This document shows positions 40,780 through 52,182 of a stretch of DNA of 64,000 nt, piece by piece. Origin of the DNA: Candidatus Bathyarchaeota archaeon (GTDB taxonomy: Archaea; Thermoproteota; Bathyarchaeia; Bathyarchaeales; Bathycorpusculaceae); assembly GCA_963707955.1 (NCBI GenBank), contig OY970176.1, positions 2,208,001-2,272,000 of the forward strand. Direction: 5' to 3'. The notes under the pieces were generated by a model. The model was not told where the DNA came from. It searched no databases and saw nothing but the letters and a program-made list of their open reading frames with translations. A program made the position numbers and the translations under genes. How positions within the stretch are numbered: the stretch's first letter is position 1; every line of letters starts with the position of its first letter.

Positions 40780-43753
40780 GTGAGAATGCCTAAACGCCAA
40801 GCGAACTCAGAAGTGTTCAACCAGCTCGCGAAACCCATTCGTGACTCTTTGTCTGAGCTGGGCTTCACCGAGCCCACTTTACCCCAGACAATGGCCATTC
40901 CCCACGTAGCAAAGGGCCAAAACGTCCTCCTGATAGCTCCCACGGGAAGCGGCAAAACAGAGGCGGTTCTGCTCCCGATTTTCTCAGACTTGATTCAACA
41001 AGAAACGAGGAAGGGCATAGCCGTGATTTACATCACGCCTTTGAGGGCCTTGAATCGTGACCTGCTGAAGCGCTTATCCTTCTGGTCGTCAAGAGTGGGC
41101 ATTTCAATCGAGGTGCGACACGGAGACACCGAAATGAAGCTTCGAAGAAGACAAGCGCTTTTTCCACCTGAAATGCTTGTGACAACCCCTGAAACGCTGC
41201 AGGCCATTCTGCCAGGCTCACGAATGAGACAACACTTGGCCAACGTAAGGTATGTTGTCGTTGACGAAGTGCACGAACTTGCGTCAAGCAAGCGCGGTGT
41301 TCAGCTTGCAGTCGCCTTAGAAAGACTTCAAGAAATCGTTGGAAAAGAGTTTCAAAGGATAGGCTTGTCAGCAACTGTTGGCAACTCCGACGAAGTGGCC
41401 CAGTTCATCGCTGGAACAGGCAGAAGCATCGAGGTGGTAGAAGCCTCTTTTCTCAAGGGCTACAGATATCATGTTGAAAACCCGAGCCCAATCGAGTCAG
41501 ACTTCGACCTAGCTGCGAAGCTCAACACGGCGCCTGAGGCAGCTGCAAGAATAAGACGCATAACTGAGCTTGTTGATAGTCACAAGTCAACCTTGATTTT
41601 TGTAAACGCTCGAACGATTGCTGAGATGCTGGGCTACAGGTTCAATCAGCTCGGGCGCAGTGACGTTGCTGTTCATCACGGGTCCTTGTCCAAAGAAGAG
41701 CGAGCCCAAATTGAAGACGAGTTTAAAGCAGGTGCCTTGAAAGCGATAATCTGCACGAGCACTCTGGAGCTCGGCATAGACATTGGAAGCATTGACTTGG
41801 TGATCCAGTATCTTTCGCCCAGACAGGTCAGCAGCTTGATTCAGAGGGTCGGCCGAAGCGGCCACCGATTGGACATGCTGTCAGAAGGCGTCATTGTAAC
41901 CGCGTTTCCAGACGACACGTTGGAGTCGATTGCAGCGGTGAGGAACGCTTGCAAGAACAAGCTTGAACCCGTCGTGATCCACGAAGGTGCCTTGGACGTT
42001 TTGGCTCATCAAATCGTTGGAGCAGTGATGGATAAAGGATTGGTAGAGTCGAAGGAACTATTGTCAATTTTACGGCGAGCCTATCCCTACAGGAAGATTT
42101 CACGAGGCACTTTTTATGAAGTGGTATACTTTTTAGAGCGCTTGGGAAACATAAGAATAGGGGAAGAAGGCAGAGTTTTGAGAAAGGCTCGGAAGACTAG
42201 AAGCTACTATTATGAGAACCTATCCATGATTCCAGATGAGAGACGCTATCCAATCGTGAACGTGATTTCTGACAGAAAAATCGGAACCTTGGGCGACGAA
42301 TTCATGGCTTTGAAAGCCAGAGTGGGCTTGAACATCATCGTCAAGGGCAGAGTGTGGCGAATCGTCCAGATTGAGCAGGAAACTGGGGTTGTCTACGTTG
42401 TTCCTTCGGAGGAGGAAAAAAAACTGGGGTTGTGTAAGTTGTTCCTTCGGAGATCCTCTGGCCGCGATTCCAGGATGGGACGGTGAGATGCTTCCCGTCC
42501 CTTTTGATCTCGCACAGGCAACGGGCAAACTGCGCGAAGAAATTGCAGATCAGCTGAAGAAGACGAAAAACGCGGAGGCCGCAGCGGAAACGCTTGCATC
42601 GAGACTCTCAACCGACAGGTCTGCGTTGCTTGCAACAGTCAAAGAGGTTGAAGAGCACATGAAAACTGGAGCGCCACTGCCCACGCATAATCATATCGTT
42701 GTCGAATCTTTCGACAAGTACTTGATAATTCACGCTTGCTTCGGTGAACTGGTGAATCGCACTTTGGGCTGCGTTTTTGACGCTGTGCTCTCTGAGCGGG
42801 AAGTGATAGTCGGCTGGTGGAACGACGGTTACCGCATACTCATCGAGACGCCCAGAAAACTGAACCCGAATGAGACTGAAAAACTGTCTGAAACGTTGTT
42901 TGGATTGACAAGTAAAGAGGTTGACAAGGCTTTCGAGGATTACTTGGAAGCCAAGTTTCCCTTCTCTTACAAGATGAAGTTTGTTGCTGAAAGGTTCGGT
43001 GTTTTGCCACGGGGAAAAACCATGAGCTATGAAAGGTTGAGCCAGCTTCCGAGACGATTCGGCGATACCCCTATTTATGATGAAACACTGCGAGAGGCGA
43101 TGATAGAGAAAGTCGACAAAAAGAGAGCCAAAGAGATCATGCGACATGTTAAGAGCGGCCTAGTAAAGGTCAGCACCGTGTGCAGCTTGGAGAAACCAAC
43201 ACCGTTGGCTTATCACATACTCGCAAAGTTTTCAGACATGTCAGAGCTGATGGCTCCTGAACAGGTCTTGCTAAGCAACATAGACAGGATGAAAATGGCA
43301 ATAGAGGCCAGAACAGCAAGGATGCTCTGCATGTCTTGCGGCGAATTCGCAGGCGACCTGAAAATTAGAGATATGCCTGAACAACCGTCATGCAGGAAAT
43401 GCGGATCGAAGCTTCTGACGGTTCTGTACACAAGCCAAGACGCAGACCATTTGGGCGAATTGCTTAGAAGAAGACGAGAAGGCAGCATGCTGACGGAGGA
43501 AGAGCTGAAGGAGTTAACTCAGGCAAGACGAGCCGCGGACCTGGTGCTGAGCTACGGAAGAAAAGCGCTCATTGCCCTTGAAGTCAAGGGTGTAGGCCCT
43601 GAAACTGCCTCAAGAATTCTTGGAAAAATGCATCCGAAAGAAGAAGAGTTTTTCATGGACCTTCTGAAGGCGAAGATCCAGTACCTGCGAACCCGCGAAT
43701 TCTGGGAAGAAAAAGAAAATCGCAAAGAATTCCGCAGTGTTGATAGCTCATAA
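40780..43753 (+). CDS. lhr: Archaeal Lhr-type DEAD/DEAH helicase, frame broken by a local duplication at 42380-42452
   Basis: APTGSGKT, DEVH, SAT, LELGID, QRVGRSGH; C-terminal CxxC...CxxC zinc finger and GVGPETA HhH. Confidence 0.88.
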
Positions 43754-43990
43754 CAAGATGAACAGTTCCCAAGGTGAAAACTTGGCTGATCTCACGGGGA
43801 AGCTCAAAGATTTCGTCAAAAAGAAAGGAGCAACACTCGTAGGAGTTGCAACCGCCAAAAGATTCTCAAGAGCGCCGAAAGGCCATCGTCCGAGAGACCT
43901 CTTGCCGAACGCCAAAAGTGTCATCTCCATAGGTCTAAGAATAAACAAGTCTTCAATTCTTCAACTTCCAAAAACCATGAGAGGATACTG

Positions 43991-44278
43991 TTAAGTTATT
44001 TGACCCAGTTCTTCTTTGATTTTTAGAACTAGGTCGCAGAACTCTGAAAAATGGTCAAAAGGGATGTTTAGTTTCTCTCGATAGCGCCATTTTCCTTTTT
44101 TGCTTTTGGATATTCGCTGAAATTTAATACCATGCCAGAACGGTTCTTCTGTGTCTACATCGTAATGAGTAACATCAAGAACTCTGATTCTATTATCTGC
44201 TCCCAATGCTCTTACCGATAACAAGATGACCTCTTGATACCATTCACCAAACTCTCTGATCTTGTCATTTTTTGACAT
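43991..44278 (-). CDS. Hypothetical protein (cargo); its stop codon lies inside the left TIR
   Basis: 95-aa ORF with GGTGA upstream. Confidence 0.6.
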   Translation of the reverse strand: MSKNDKIREFGEWYQEVILLSVRALGADNRIRVLDVTHYDVDTEEPFWHGIKFQRISKSKKGKWRYREKLNIPFDHFSEFCDLVLKIKEELGQIT

Positions 44279-44297
44279 GCAATCACCAGTTTTATTT

Positions 44298-44540
44298 TTA
44301 TGCCAACAAGAGCAGGATGCTCAAGGGAACAACAACATAATTTCTTCCGATTTCTAGCTGAGTCCTTGATGTCAAAATTCCACACTTATGTGAACAACCA
44401 GTTTTCATAAAGTCATAAATTCTGTTTACGTCATCACGTTGAACATTGTCTGAGTATTTTACTTCAATAGGTAGAAACCTGTTATCTATGTTAATAACAA
44501 AATCTACTTCTCTTTTCTTGCCCGATAAAATGCATCGATC
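44298..44540 (-). pseudogene. C-terminal fragment of an AAA+ ATPase/DUF4143 protein (cargo)
   Basis: REVDFV....LPIEVKY PD-(D/E)xK-like tail; ATPase domain absent. Confidence 0.65.
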
Positions 44541-44556
44541 GATTCCTGACGATAGC

Positions 44557-45300
44557 TCATAGTTTTGATTTGTAGGTAGGATCAGTGGCAGTTCGACGTC
44601 CTTGTAACTCGAGAAGATCGGGATACAATTCAATGAATTCTGCAAACTTGAAGACTCCATAAGATTTGGGGTCGAAAGCTGGGTCAAGGCGTCTTAGAGC
44701 AGTGCTTAATGCTGCTCCCTTCACGAACCCATTTTCATCTTGCGCGGCCTTTATTGCCCTTATTAAGAGTTCTCGCCCTTGTTCCTTTGTTGGTTCTGCG
44801 TTCGTTGCCTCTGCAGAACCTTGAACATTCTCTGATTGAATCTCCCCTTTTTCGACCGCGACCTCTCCTATGAGATTTTCGAGTAACAAGAACTCGTCAC
44901 ACGCATTAACGAATGCTGGAGGAGTAACTCTGCGACCCACGCCTATAACTCTCAAACCTTCTTCGCGAATTCGTGTGGCCAATCCTGTAAAGTCACTGTC
45001 AGAACTCACCAGCACAAATACGTCGACATCCTTCGAATGAAGAATGTCCATTGCGTCGATTGTCATGGCTGAATCAGTGATGTTTTTACCCGATGAGAAC
45101 CTAAACTGCTGAATCGGTCTTATAGCGAACTCCCTGAAAACCGAAATCCATCCTTGCAAGTTCGGTGACGTCCAATCACCATATGATCGTTTGATAATCA
45201 CACGCCCATATCGTGCGCACGCATCAAGTATTGCCTTAACGTAATCCTTTGAAGTATTATCGGCGTCGAAGAGTACCGCCAAGTTGCTCTTTTCGGTCAT
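44557..45300 (-). CDS. NYN-domain (PIN-like) protein with C-terminal OST-HTH/LOTUS domain (cargo)
   Basis: FDADN, YGDW, GKN.TD, LVSSDSDF, VIGVG, ACDEF; FDPKSYG..KF. Confidence 0.88.
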   Translation of the reverse strand: MTEKSNLAVLFDADNTSKDYVKAILDACARYGRVIIKRSYGDWTSPNLQGWISVFREFAIRPIQQFRFSSGKNITDSAMTIDAMDILHSKDVDVFVLVSSDSDFTGLATRIREEGLRVIGVGRRVTPPAFVNACDEFLLLENLIGEVAVEKGEIQSENVQGSAEATNAEPTKEQGRELLIRAIKAAQDENGFVKGAALSTALRRLDPAFDPKSYGVFKFAEFIELYPDLLELQGRRTATDPTYKSKL

Positions 45301-46565
45301 TGCGAAGTCTTTGCCAACGGAGTCAGAAGTCTGACTTGCACCCAACATTCCTCACCTGAAAGATAGTGAGCACAGTTGGCTAATAAGTCTAGTTTTTTAT
45401 GCTGGTTATGTTCTTTCAATTGCCTAAAATAATAGTATGAGCAATCCATCCTAGAATTCATATCCGCGCCACCACAGCAAACTTCAGTACCAGGTTGGGT
45501 CAAATAACTTAACAGTATCCCATGAGAGAGTACAAGATAAACTATGATGTGGCAAACCTCAAGCTTAACAGCCTAGCATGGGAGACAGCGCGATTTCTCG
45601 AAGACCTTGGATACGAAGCTTTAGCGATTCCAGCCAGCTCACCGTACGATAAAAAGAAGAATTTCGGGGATATGTCGCACAAGCACGCTGCCGTTGCAGC
45701 TGGCCTGGGCAGATTTGGAATGAACAATCTGGTCCTGACACCAGAGTACGGGCCTTACGTACGTTTTGTCACAGTCATAACAAGCGCCGCGCTCAGACCT
45801 GACAGACCCTTAACCGAAGACATTTGCCTTCTGGACAAGTGCCTAAAATGCGTCAAGGCCTGTCCCGCCGGAGCCCTGGAAAACCCAGTCTACGATGCTG
45901 CTGAAGGATGGCTGATAGACAAGGAGAAATGCCACGAATACATTCACATCGTCTCTGGCAGAGACGTATGTGGCCTCTGCATCAAAGCGTGCCCAATAAC
46001 GAGACCACAATGACCCGCGATCAAAACCCAACGACTAAGGGCCATTAAGGATAGAGAACATGACCAGAGATCCACGCTGAAGCCGACGTTAGGACTGCTC
46101 AACGCCACGGCCTAAAGCCTAGGATCGCGCGCTAAATGAGGATTAGCAGAAAAGCATGGACTTTTGTAACAATTTTGCTGTAACAATCTGTCACAAACTC
46201 AGTTTTTCTAGAATTCCCAGAATTCCAATCAACACGATGGACTTTTTGAGGTGTCGTGACACTTCACAAAAAAGAGACCAGTTCTCAAAGAATTAAGCTC
46301 TTTTTTGCGTTAACACATGGAACTATTCTCAAAACTGCATTAACGTAGCGCGCTACCATGGTTTAAGAGTGCAGAACATGCCTGAAATTAGGTGCGGTCT
46401 TCTGGAAATAGAACGATTAGGATTTACAACATGTAAGCGCGCGCGCTCAAGACTATTACGAGTTTTTTTAAATTGCCGCCCGCGCTAAATGGACCTATAA
46501 TGGCGACATAAAATCTTTTATTACTAGATCGTGAATCAGCTAAGCAACTTCACAGAGGACAGTCA

Positions 46566-47492
46566 TTGTCAAAAGTCAAGAAAACAAAGGAAGACGCGCC
46601 TCGACGTTGTGACTACATCATTACCAACTACAGAAAGGCGCGTCAAAGCATTGACCAATCAAAGCTGAAGTTGAACGACACGTCTAGAGAACTCGATGAA
46701 GTGATCAACAAGTATAGCATGCTGAACAAGTTTTGCGGCCAAGTCTCAGCGATGCCAACCGGTTCTTTCTCGCAATTCCAAAAGGCGAACCTCGAAAGCC
46801 TTCTTGTTTCTGGAGCTGACAACGCGACAATGGCCTTAGGAAGGGCGAGGGAGATCGAGAAGACCATTCCACATTTTTCTGCAGTAGTTTCTTCGGGAAG
46901 CGCACTTGTTCTTGGCATTGCTGAAATCGCAAGAAACATTGCTGAAAGCTCTGAGGACACAAGGAAACTGGTCGCAGGATGGAATCTGCCCACGCCCAGG
47001 GAAAATCAGAATGCGCTCACTTCGAGGGTTCATGAGATTGAGCCACGTCTTGAGGTTAAACTCAACGGAGCTTGGCAAACCTTGTTCGACAGAACCAAAG
47101 TTGATAGGTTTCGTCAATCTTCAAGCTCGATGAGAGAGCTAATCTCTGACACTTTACAGGTTTTGGCTCCAGATTCAGGAATACAAGAGACTTCTTGGTT
47201 TTCCCAAAACGGTCCCAACAGAAAGCCGACTCAAGCAGAGCGTGCCTACTATGCCATTGTTGGAAAGAATCCAGCGGTTGAACAAAAGGATCTGAAGTCA
47301 GCAGCAGACCTAGCCAAGAATATTCGCGAATCATATGAAAAGCTCAACAAATATACCCACGAAAGAACAAGCCATCCAGAGATAAAACCTGAGGATCTCG
47401 AAAGCCAATTGGTCAGCGTTTTCAATGAGACGCAGATCTACCTTCTGGAAATCCTCAGAATGCGAGAGAAGTTTTTCAGAGACCTAATATAG
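46566..47492 (+). CDS. Hypothetical protein with C-terminal 'predicted pPIWI-associating nuclease'-like domain
   Basis: GAWQTL...SMRELI...LAPD..I....W.....PT.AERA.YAI.G...LNKYTH pattern, recognised by eye. Confidence 0.55.
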   Translation: MSKVKKTKEDAPRRCDYIITNYRKARQSIDQSKLKLNDTSRELDEVINKYSMLNKFCGQVSAMPTGSFSQFQKANLESLLVSGADNATMALGRAREIEKTIPHFSAVVSSGSALVLGIAEIARNIAESSEDTRKLVAGWNLPTPRENQNALTSRVHEIEPRLEVKLNGAWQTLFDRTKVDRFRQSSSSMRELISDTLQVLAPDSGIQETSWFSQNGPNRKPTQAERAYYAIVGKNPAVEQKDLKSAADLAKNIRESYEKLNKYTHERTSHPEIKPEDLESQLVSVFNETQIYLLEILRMREKFFRDLI

Positions 47493-47604
47493 ACTTTCGC
47501 CCGATGTCTTTGTCATTGGCTTACGTCTGTACTGATATCCCGAACCATTTCTCATAAGCATAGAAAACTTGGATGACTGCGATTGTCTTGGCTTTGTTGA
47601 AGAG

Positions 47605-48258
47605 CTATCTTAATAGAGGTTGGATCAGTGCTCTCACTTTTTCCAGCGCACTCACGACTCCACCTACGGTAGCGACGCATTTTAGCACATTCCACGCTGT
47701 TCTGAGTATACTTCGGTCTGGATTTGATTTCAATAGCTGGCTCTTAATGGTTTCAATTTCAGCCTGATAATTCAACTTCTCTTCGTCAGAGAGTCTATCG
47801 GTTTGTCGAATTTCTTCCCCAAGCAAATCGAGACTCCGGTAAAGATTACTGTACTGATTATACACGTAATTGCCATCCCCGATCACTGTAACCCCTTGAA
47901 TGTTGGTTATGTTGATACCTGTTAGCTTCGGAGTCCGTTGGAATTTGGAAGGGCCTTCAAAATGATTAATGCCTTTATCAGCTATTCTATAAGAGACGTT
48001 CTCTGCCCTTATGGTTGCGCTACCTCTAGTTATCGGGAACGTTTTCCTTTCTTCATTTACCCAACCGCTCTGAATTAGATAGTAGAGGTTACTAGCTACC
48101 TCTTGTTCGTTGAGTCCCTTTTCCTTCAATACTTGTTTTATCTCTCTCCTTCTAACGCCCGCTCCACTCACACTTCTGGATTTTTTGTACTTTGAGTACA
48201 GATATTCCAGGATAAGTTCTCTTATTTCATCGCTAGTTCTGTCTAGGGCAAGTGACAT
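47605..48258 (-). CDS. Hypothetical protein, N-terminal wHTH-like and C-terminal helical domain
   Basis: 217-aa ORF; IRELILEYLY...EVASNLYYLIQSGWV. Confidence 0.6.
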   Translation of the reverse strand: MSLALDRTSDEIRELILEYLYSKYKKSRSVSGAGVRRREIKQVLKEKGLNEQEVASNLYYLIQSGWVNEERKTFPITRGSATIRAENVSYRIADKGINHFEGPSKFQRTPKLTGINITNIQGVTVIGDGNYVYNQYSNLYRSLDLLGEEIRQTDRLSDEEKLNYQAEIETIKSQLLKSNPDRSILRTAWNVLKCVATVGGVVSALEKVRALIQPLLR

Positions 48259-48448
48259 TTACCAGATCCGTTCCTACCAATAATGCAACTTTGCGATGGG
48301 TCTAAAATAGATAGCGCATCCTAAATCTAGATGAATGATCAACATCGTAACAGCCGGGTTTGCGACCATCATCGTATAGCGCCAATTTGATTTGGTAAAA
48401 AGTAATAAAGGGATATAAAGGCAAATCTGAAAATGACCCTGAGGCGGC

Positions 48449-49534
48449 ATGAAGTACTGGGACTGGGTAGGACGATCTCACGAAGGAATGTCCAGAGATT
48501 TCCCTAATGGTGAGGAGGGCTATAGGGCTGTTTGTTTCATTCGATCCTTTTTTGAGGGAATCGGAATCGAGGAACTACCCCGAAACCATCCGCTTCACAA
48601 CAGACTGCGTATAGGCATGGCTCCGAACTACTCATGGCTAGTACAATATGCACGAAAACTGCTCACTGCCAGTCAACTGTCAGGGTTCGAGGAGATTGCA
48701 AGAAGATTTGCAGATCCTCGGGAATACTTGGCTGCAAATGCTGAGACTGAGGTTGCTCTAAAGATGTACTTAGAAGGACTGGATGTTTCTTTTTCCAGAG
48801 TGGCCTCTCAGCCTACGTGTGACCTGACTGTGAATTTGGGTAGCGAAGTGATTAGAATTGAGGTAACTTCCCTGAATCCGCCTGATGAGGAAACGCGCGT
48901 TTGGACATTGGTCGACCAAGTTAACACCTTAGGTTTCATGAAAGAAGTCGCAACAGGTGGATTCGTAAGCAGGGTTCCATCGCCCAAAATACTTGAAGAC
49001 GTACTAAAACAAGTGAATCGGGCCATTGACGAGACTAAAGATTCGCGCAAGGTTAAGAAGTTCAATTACGAGGGAGTAGCGACAATTTATCTCGCTCCAC
49101 ATGATATGGTAGACCAGATGCCCGAGGATTCCAGACACACTCTTTGCTTTGTTCAACCTCCCCGCAAGCTTATAGAGGAGCAAATAAAAAGAAAGATAGA
49201 AGAGAAAAACAAACAACTAAAACACCACAATGAACCTGGGATACTTTTTCTTTATACGCAGATGATACGCAGACAATCAGTTTCAAAGTTATTTGAACAA
49301 CCAATGGATCATGTCTCAGTTGCATTGGCCTCTTATTCAAAGCTGTTGGGATTAGTTTTGACAGTTCCACATATGGGGATTGAAGTCGCAAACGCTGTGA
49401 AGACGGAAGACCTGAAAAAAGAGCGCAGAGGGGGTAAGCTCTTTCTGGAGACTGAAGCTGGTTCCTACCAGTACGAAAGTTCGTTACTCTGGAAGAATTT
49501 GCATGCTGACCGAGGTTTTCCAGAGAACTTGTAA
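48449..49534 (+). CDS. Hypothetical protein with restriction-endonuclease-like PD-(D/E)xK pattern
   Basis: E.EVA......G.DV.F.....PTCDL.V......IRIEVT. Confidence 0.5.
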   Translation: MKYWDWVGRSHEGMSRDFPNGEEGYRAVCFIRSFFEGIGIEELPRNHPLHNRLRIGMAPNYSWLVQYARKLLTASQLSGFEEIARRFADPREYLAANAETEVALKMYLEGLDVSFSRVASQPTCDLTVNLGSEVIRIEVTSLNPPDEETRVWTLVDQVNTLGFMKEVATGGFVSRVPSPKILEDVLKQVNRAIDETKDSRKVKKFNYEGVATIYLAPHDMVDQMPEDSRHTLCFVQPPRKLIEEQIKRKIEEKNKQLKHHNEPGILFLYTQMIRRQSVSKLFEQPMDHVSVALASYSKLLGLVLTVPHMGIEVANAVKTEDLKKERRGGKLFLETEAGSYQYESSLLWKNLHADRGFPENL

Positions 49535-49765
49535 CCGCGCTAGAGAACTATTCCTCAAACCTAAGGAAACTTTCGCCTCTTCAAGAGTCTTTTGCCGGGT
49601 TGAGGACGACTAGCTGAATTCCTATCGCCAATGGTTTGTAGCGCGCGCTGGTCGTACGCTATTTTTCTTCGTGCGCGCAGTTTTTGATTCAATACTTTTC
49701 GATAGGGAACCGACTAAATCAATGTTTGAGTTTGATATTCAAAAAAGGTCCAAGAACAGCGCGCA

Positions 49766-50173
49766 TTACCTTAGGAATCTGAAGATTTTCTTATACCAAG
49801 GCGTCATTCTATCTTGGATGATTTCACAGAGTTGATTTGCAAGAATCTGCGGGTTGTTGAAGACATCTTCATTGCGGCGTCGGAGCACCTTTATGCCCCG
49901 CCGCGCTAGGTTTGAGTCTCTTTGCCTGTCGTATCTTCTCCGGTCATCATGTATGCTACCGTCAATTTCTAAGCCTAATCGCAGTGTTGGACAGTAAAAG
50001 TCAAGGATGTACCCATATGCCACGAACTGTCGGTGGAAGATATGATTTGGAAAATTAGGCATCACTTGACCTTTTATGATTTCCCACATGCGCGCCTCTG
50101 CTGGTTTCGGATTGTGTCGCATTTCATAGGCTTTTTCGAACTTGAAAGGCGCACTTCTTCGACGGCGATACAT
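49766..50173 (-). CDS. DUF559/Vsr-like endonuclease domain protein
   Basis: MR.NP..AE..MW, F.RQ...GYILDFYC, EIDG..H, D..RD..L...G..VLR. Confidence 0.85.
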   Translation of the reverse strand: MYRRRRSAPFKFEKAYEMRHNPKPAEARMWEIIKGQVMPNFPNHIFHRQFVAYGYILDFYCPTLRLGLEIDGSIHDDRRRYDRQRDSNLARRGIKVLRRRNEDVFNNPQILANQLCEIIQDRMTPWYKKIFRFLR

Positions 50174-50288
50174 ACCAACCAGGCTACTATTTAATCTCTG
50201 CTAGCGCGATAAGGATTATGAAAACCCTGTAAAGATTGAAACTCAATTGAAAACCACGCAAGTTGCCTTTTTTGTTTGGGTTTGAGCT

Positions 50289-50305
50289 GGGATAAAACTT
50301 TACCC
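50289..50305 (+). repeat. Quasi-palindromic site, copy A
   Basis: GGGATAAAACTTTACCC, preceded by GT-rich arm TTTGGGTTTGAG. Confidence 0.7.
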
Positions 50306-50399
50306 TTTTTCTCTCTCCTGCTAACTCTCTCGCTCACTCTCTCTAAAAAAACAAACAAATAAAAAACACACACACGCAGACAACAAACAAAAACACACA

Positions 50400-51360
50400 G
50401 AAGTCAGAGACAAAAACGGGCAGACTGAACGTTATCCGCATTTTGAGAAGGAAATAGGCGAAGCTGTCCTGAAGAGCGGAAGTTACGTTTCCGTTGACGC
50501 CCTAATTGACCTTGCACTCTGGAACATAGACACCTACATTATGACTAGGAAAAACAGAGTTGTAGCAGTTTTGAAGAACCTTGAAGATGACTCTCACGTT
50601 AAAACTAGGCTCTGTCAATATGAGGCTCTCAGCAACGGTAAAGGAATTGCTATAGCTAAACAGTTTTTAATCTCCAAGATTGAAGGTCAAAACTTCGTTT
50701 TTAAGAAATATGGTCTGAAACGTCTCAATGTTGATGCTAGGCATCAAATCGGTAATATTCAATTTGAAAGTCTAGAATCAGCTAGGAAAAAGCTTGTCTT
50801 AATTGAGAGCCATAATGCTAAGCTGTATTTCAACCAGATTTTCAACTTGTTTCCTGAAAAGATTAGACCTGAAAAGAGGACAGGCTATGCGGCGTAAGAT
50901 GGCTTGAACAACGTCTTTAATTTTGCGTATTATGTTTTGAAGTGCAGAGTTCATAAGACATTGTTGAAAGCTAAGCTTGAACCATACCTAGGATTCCTTC
51001 ACTCTGTTCAAGTTGGAAAGCCTAGTCTAGTATGCGACTTTCAAGAACTTTACCGCTACTTGATAGATGACTACCTGATAGAACGGTGTCAGAAATTGCG
51101 TAAGAAGGATTTTGTGCTTGTTACAGATTTTATGATGCGTCTCAAAATGGGAAAGAGGATTCACCTATGTGAATTTGAAACTAATGATTTAGCTGAAGGT
51201 TTGAATTTGCTTTTTGAACGGCATAGTTGAGATTCCAAGAATCAGGCATGGCAGTAGGCAGACTCTTGACACGTTGATTAATGAAGAGGCTTACTTGTTT
51301 GCAAAGTTTCTGAGACATGAACGGGAAACATGGGCTCCAAGAATAGCGAGCCTAGCCTGA
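50400..51360 (+). pseudogene. cas1: Solo Cas1 endonuclease; 5'-truncated, in-frame TAA (50895-50897), frameshift near 51220
   Basis: EIGEAVLKSGS, R.CQY, IES, NN.FNFAY, LEPYLGFLHS, SLVCDFQELYR; no cas2 or array nearby. Confidence 0.85.
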
Positions 51361-51514
51361 TGGAAATAAGTAGTGATATCCCGATGTGGGACTTGGCGTG
51401 CGCTAATTTGTCAGAGTCCTCTGATCTGCGCTATTCTGTAAAGTCTGCTTGCTGGGAGTAAGAATACAAAGAGTTTTATCCTCATATCTTCAACTAAGTT
51501 GGCGGGATTGATAT

Positions 51515-52174
51515 TTGGAAAAACTTCAAACAGTAAGGCCTGAACGTACTGAAGAATTCAGGAAAAGATACCATGTGCTTCTTAACATCTCTGACGAGAA
51601 AATCAATGATATACTGAAACTGGTTGATTACGGACGACTTCTGCCTGATATCTGGAAAGATAAGCGAGAGGAGGAATTCAACCGGAAGATAGCTAAGATC
51701 TGTCAATTTGATGACCAAAAAGCAAGTTTGGTCATGTCATCGATAATTGGCATTTTGCGTAATGTGAAGAAAAAAGAGTTTGTTTTGAAAAGAGAATCAG
51801 ACCTGCTGAAATTGAAGTTTAACAAAACTGAGATTGAAAGATACGGAAAATTAGTGAACACATTGAGGAAAAAAGGGGGTCACGATGAAGTCAGAGAAGT
51901 CGATCAATGGCAATCTCTGACTGCGGAAGTCTTGCCATCTTTGGCTTCTATTGAATGCTCGTTTGACATACGGTGCGGAATCAAGAAAGACCAAGTATCG
52001 ACGTATATCCCTATTGTATTGTTAAAACTCAGAGCGACGAATGAAGGAGGGAAATCCTCAGAGTTTGTATTCCAAACTGACATTGGCACCCTAAGACGTA
52101 TAACTCGCGTTTTGACCGAAACATATAGAAACTCCAGTGTACTTAGGAAATATACACTCAAACGTGAGGACTGA
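51515..52174 (+). CDS. Helical protein with C-terminal COMM-domain-like region
   Basis: LPSLASIECSFDIR...YIPIVLLKLR......EFVFQTD...LRRI...L follows the COMM beta-beta-beta-alpha pattern; by eye only. Confidence 0.5.
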   Translation: MEKLQTVRPERTEEFRKRYHVLLNISDEKINDILKLVDYGRLLPDIWKDKREEEFNRKIAKICQFDDQKASLVMSSIIGILRNVKKKEFVLKRESDLLKLKFNKTEIERYGKLVNTLRKKGGHDEVREVDQWQSLTAEVLPSLASIECSFDIRCGIKKDQVSTYIPIVLLKLRATNEGGKSSEFVFQTDIGTLRRITRVLTETYRNSSVLRKYTLKRED

Positions 52175-52182
52175 AACTGACA

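Larger units (their letters stand above)
43984..45519. mobile_element. Non-autonomous TIR element (~1.54 kb) carrying passenger genes, no transposase
   Basis: Perfect 24-bp TIR GATACTGTTAAGTTATTTGACCCA (43984-44007; reverse complement 45496-45519); 9-bp target duplication CCATGAGAG (43975-43983, 45520-45528). Confidence 0.93.
43758..46013 (+). pseudogene. Epoxyqueuosine reductase (QueG)-like Fe-S protein interrupted by a TIR element
   Basis: Removing 43984-45528 restores ...QLPKTMREYKINYD...; SHKHAAVAAGLG.FG.NNL..TPEYGP..RF; two CxxCxxxCP motifs. Confidence 0.88.

Noticed and set aside
42380-42452. Two-gene split Lhr or an inserted element
   Set aside because: A 32-nt tandem duplication (30/32 identical) joined by an A-run breaks the frame; likely a read or assembly artefact or local slippage
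50190-51500. CRISPR array or functional CRISPR-Cas locus near cas1
   Set aside because: No regularly spaced repeat-spacer units and no other cas genes seen in the window
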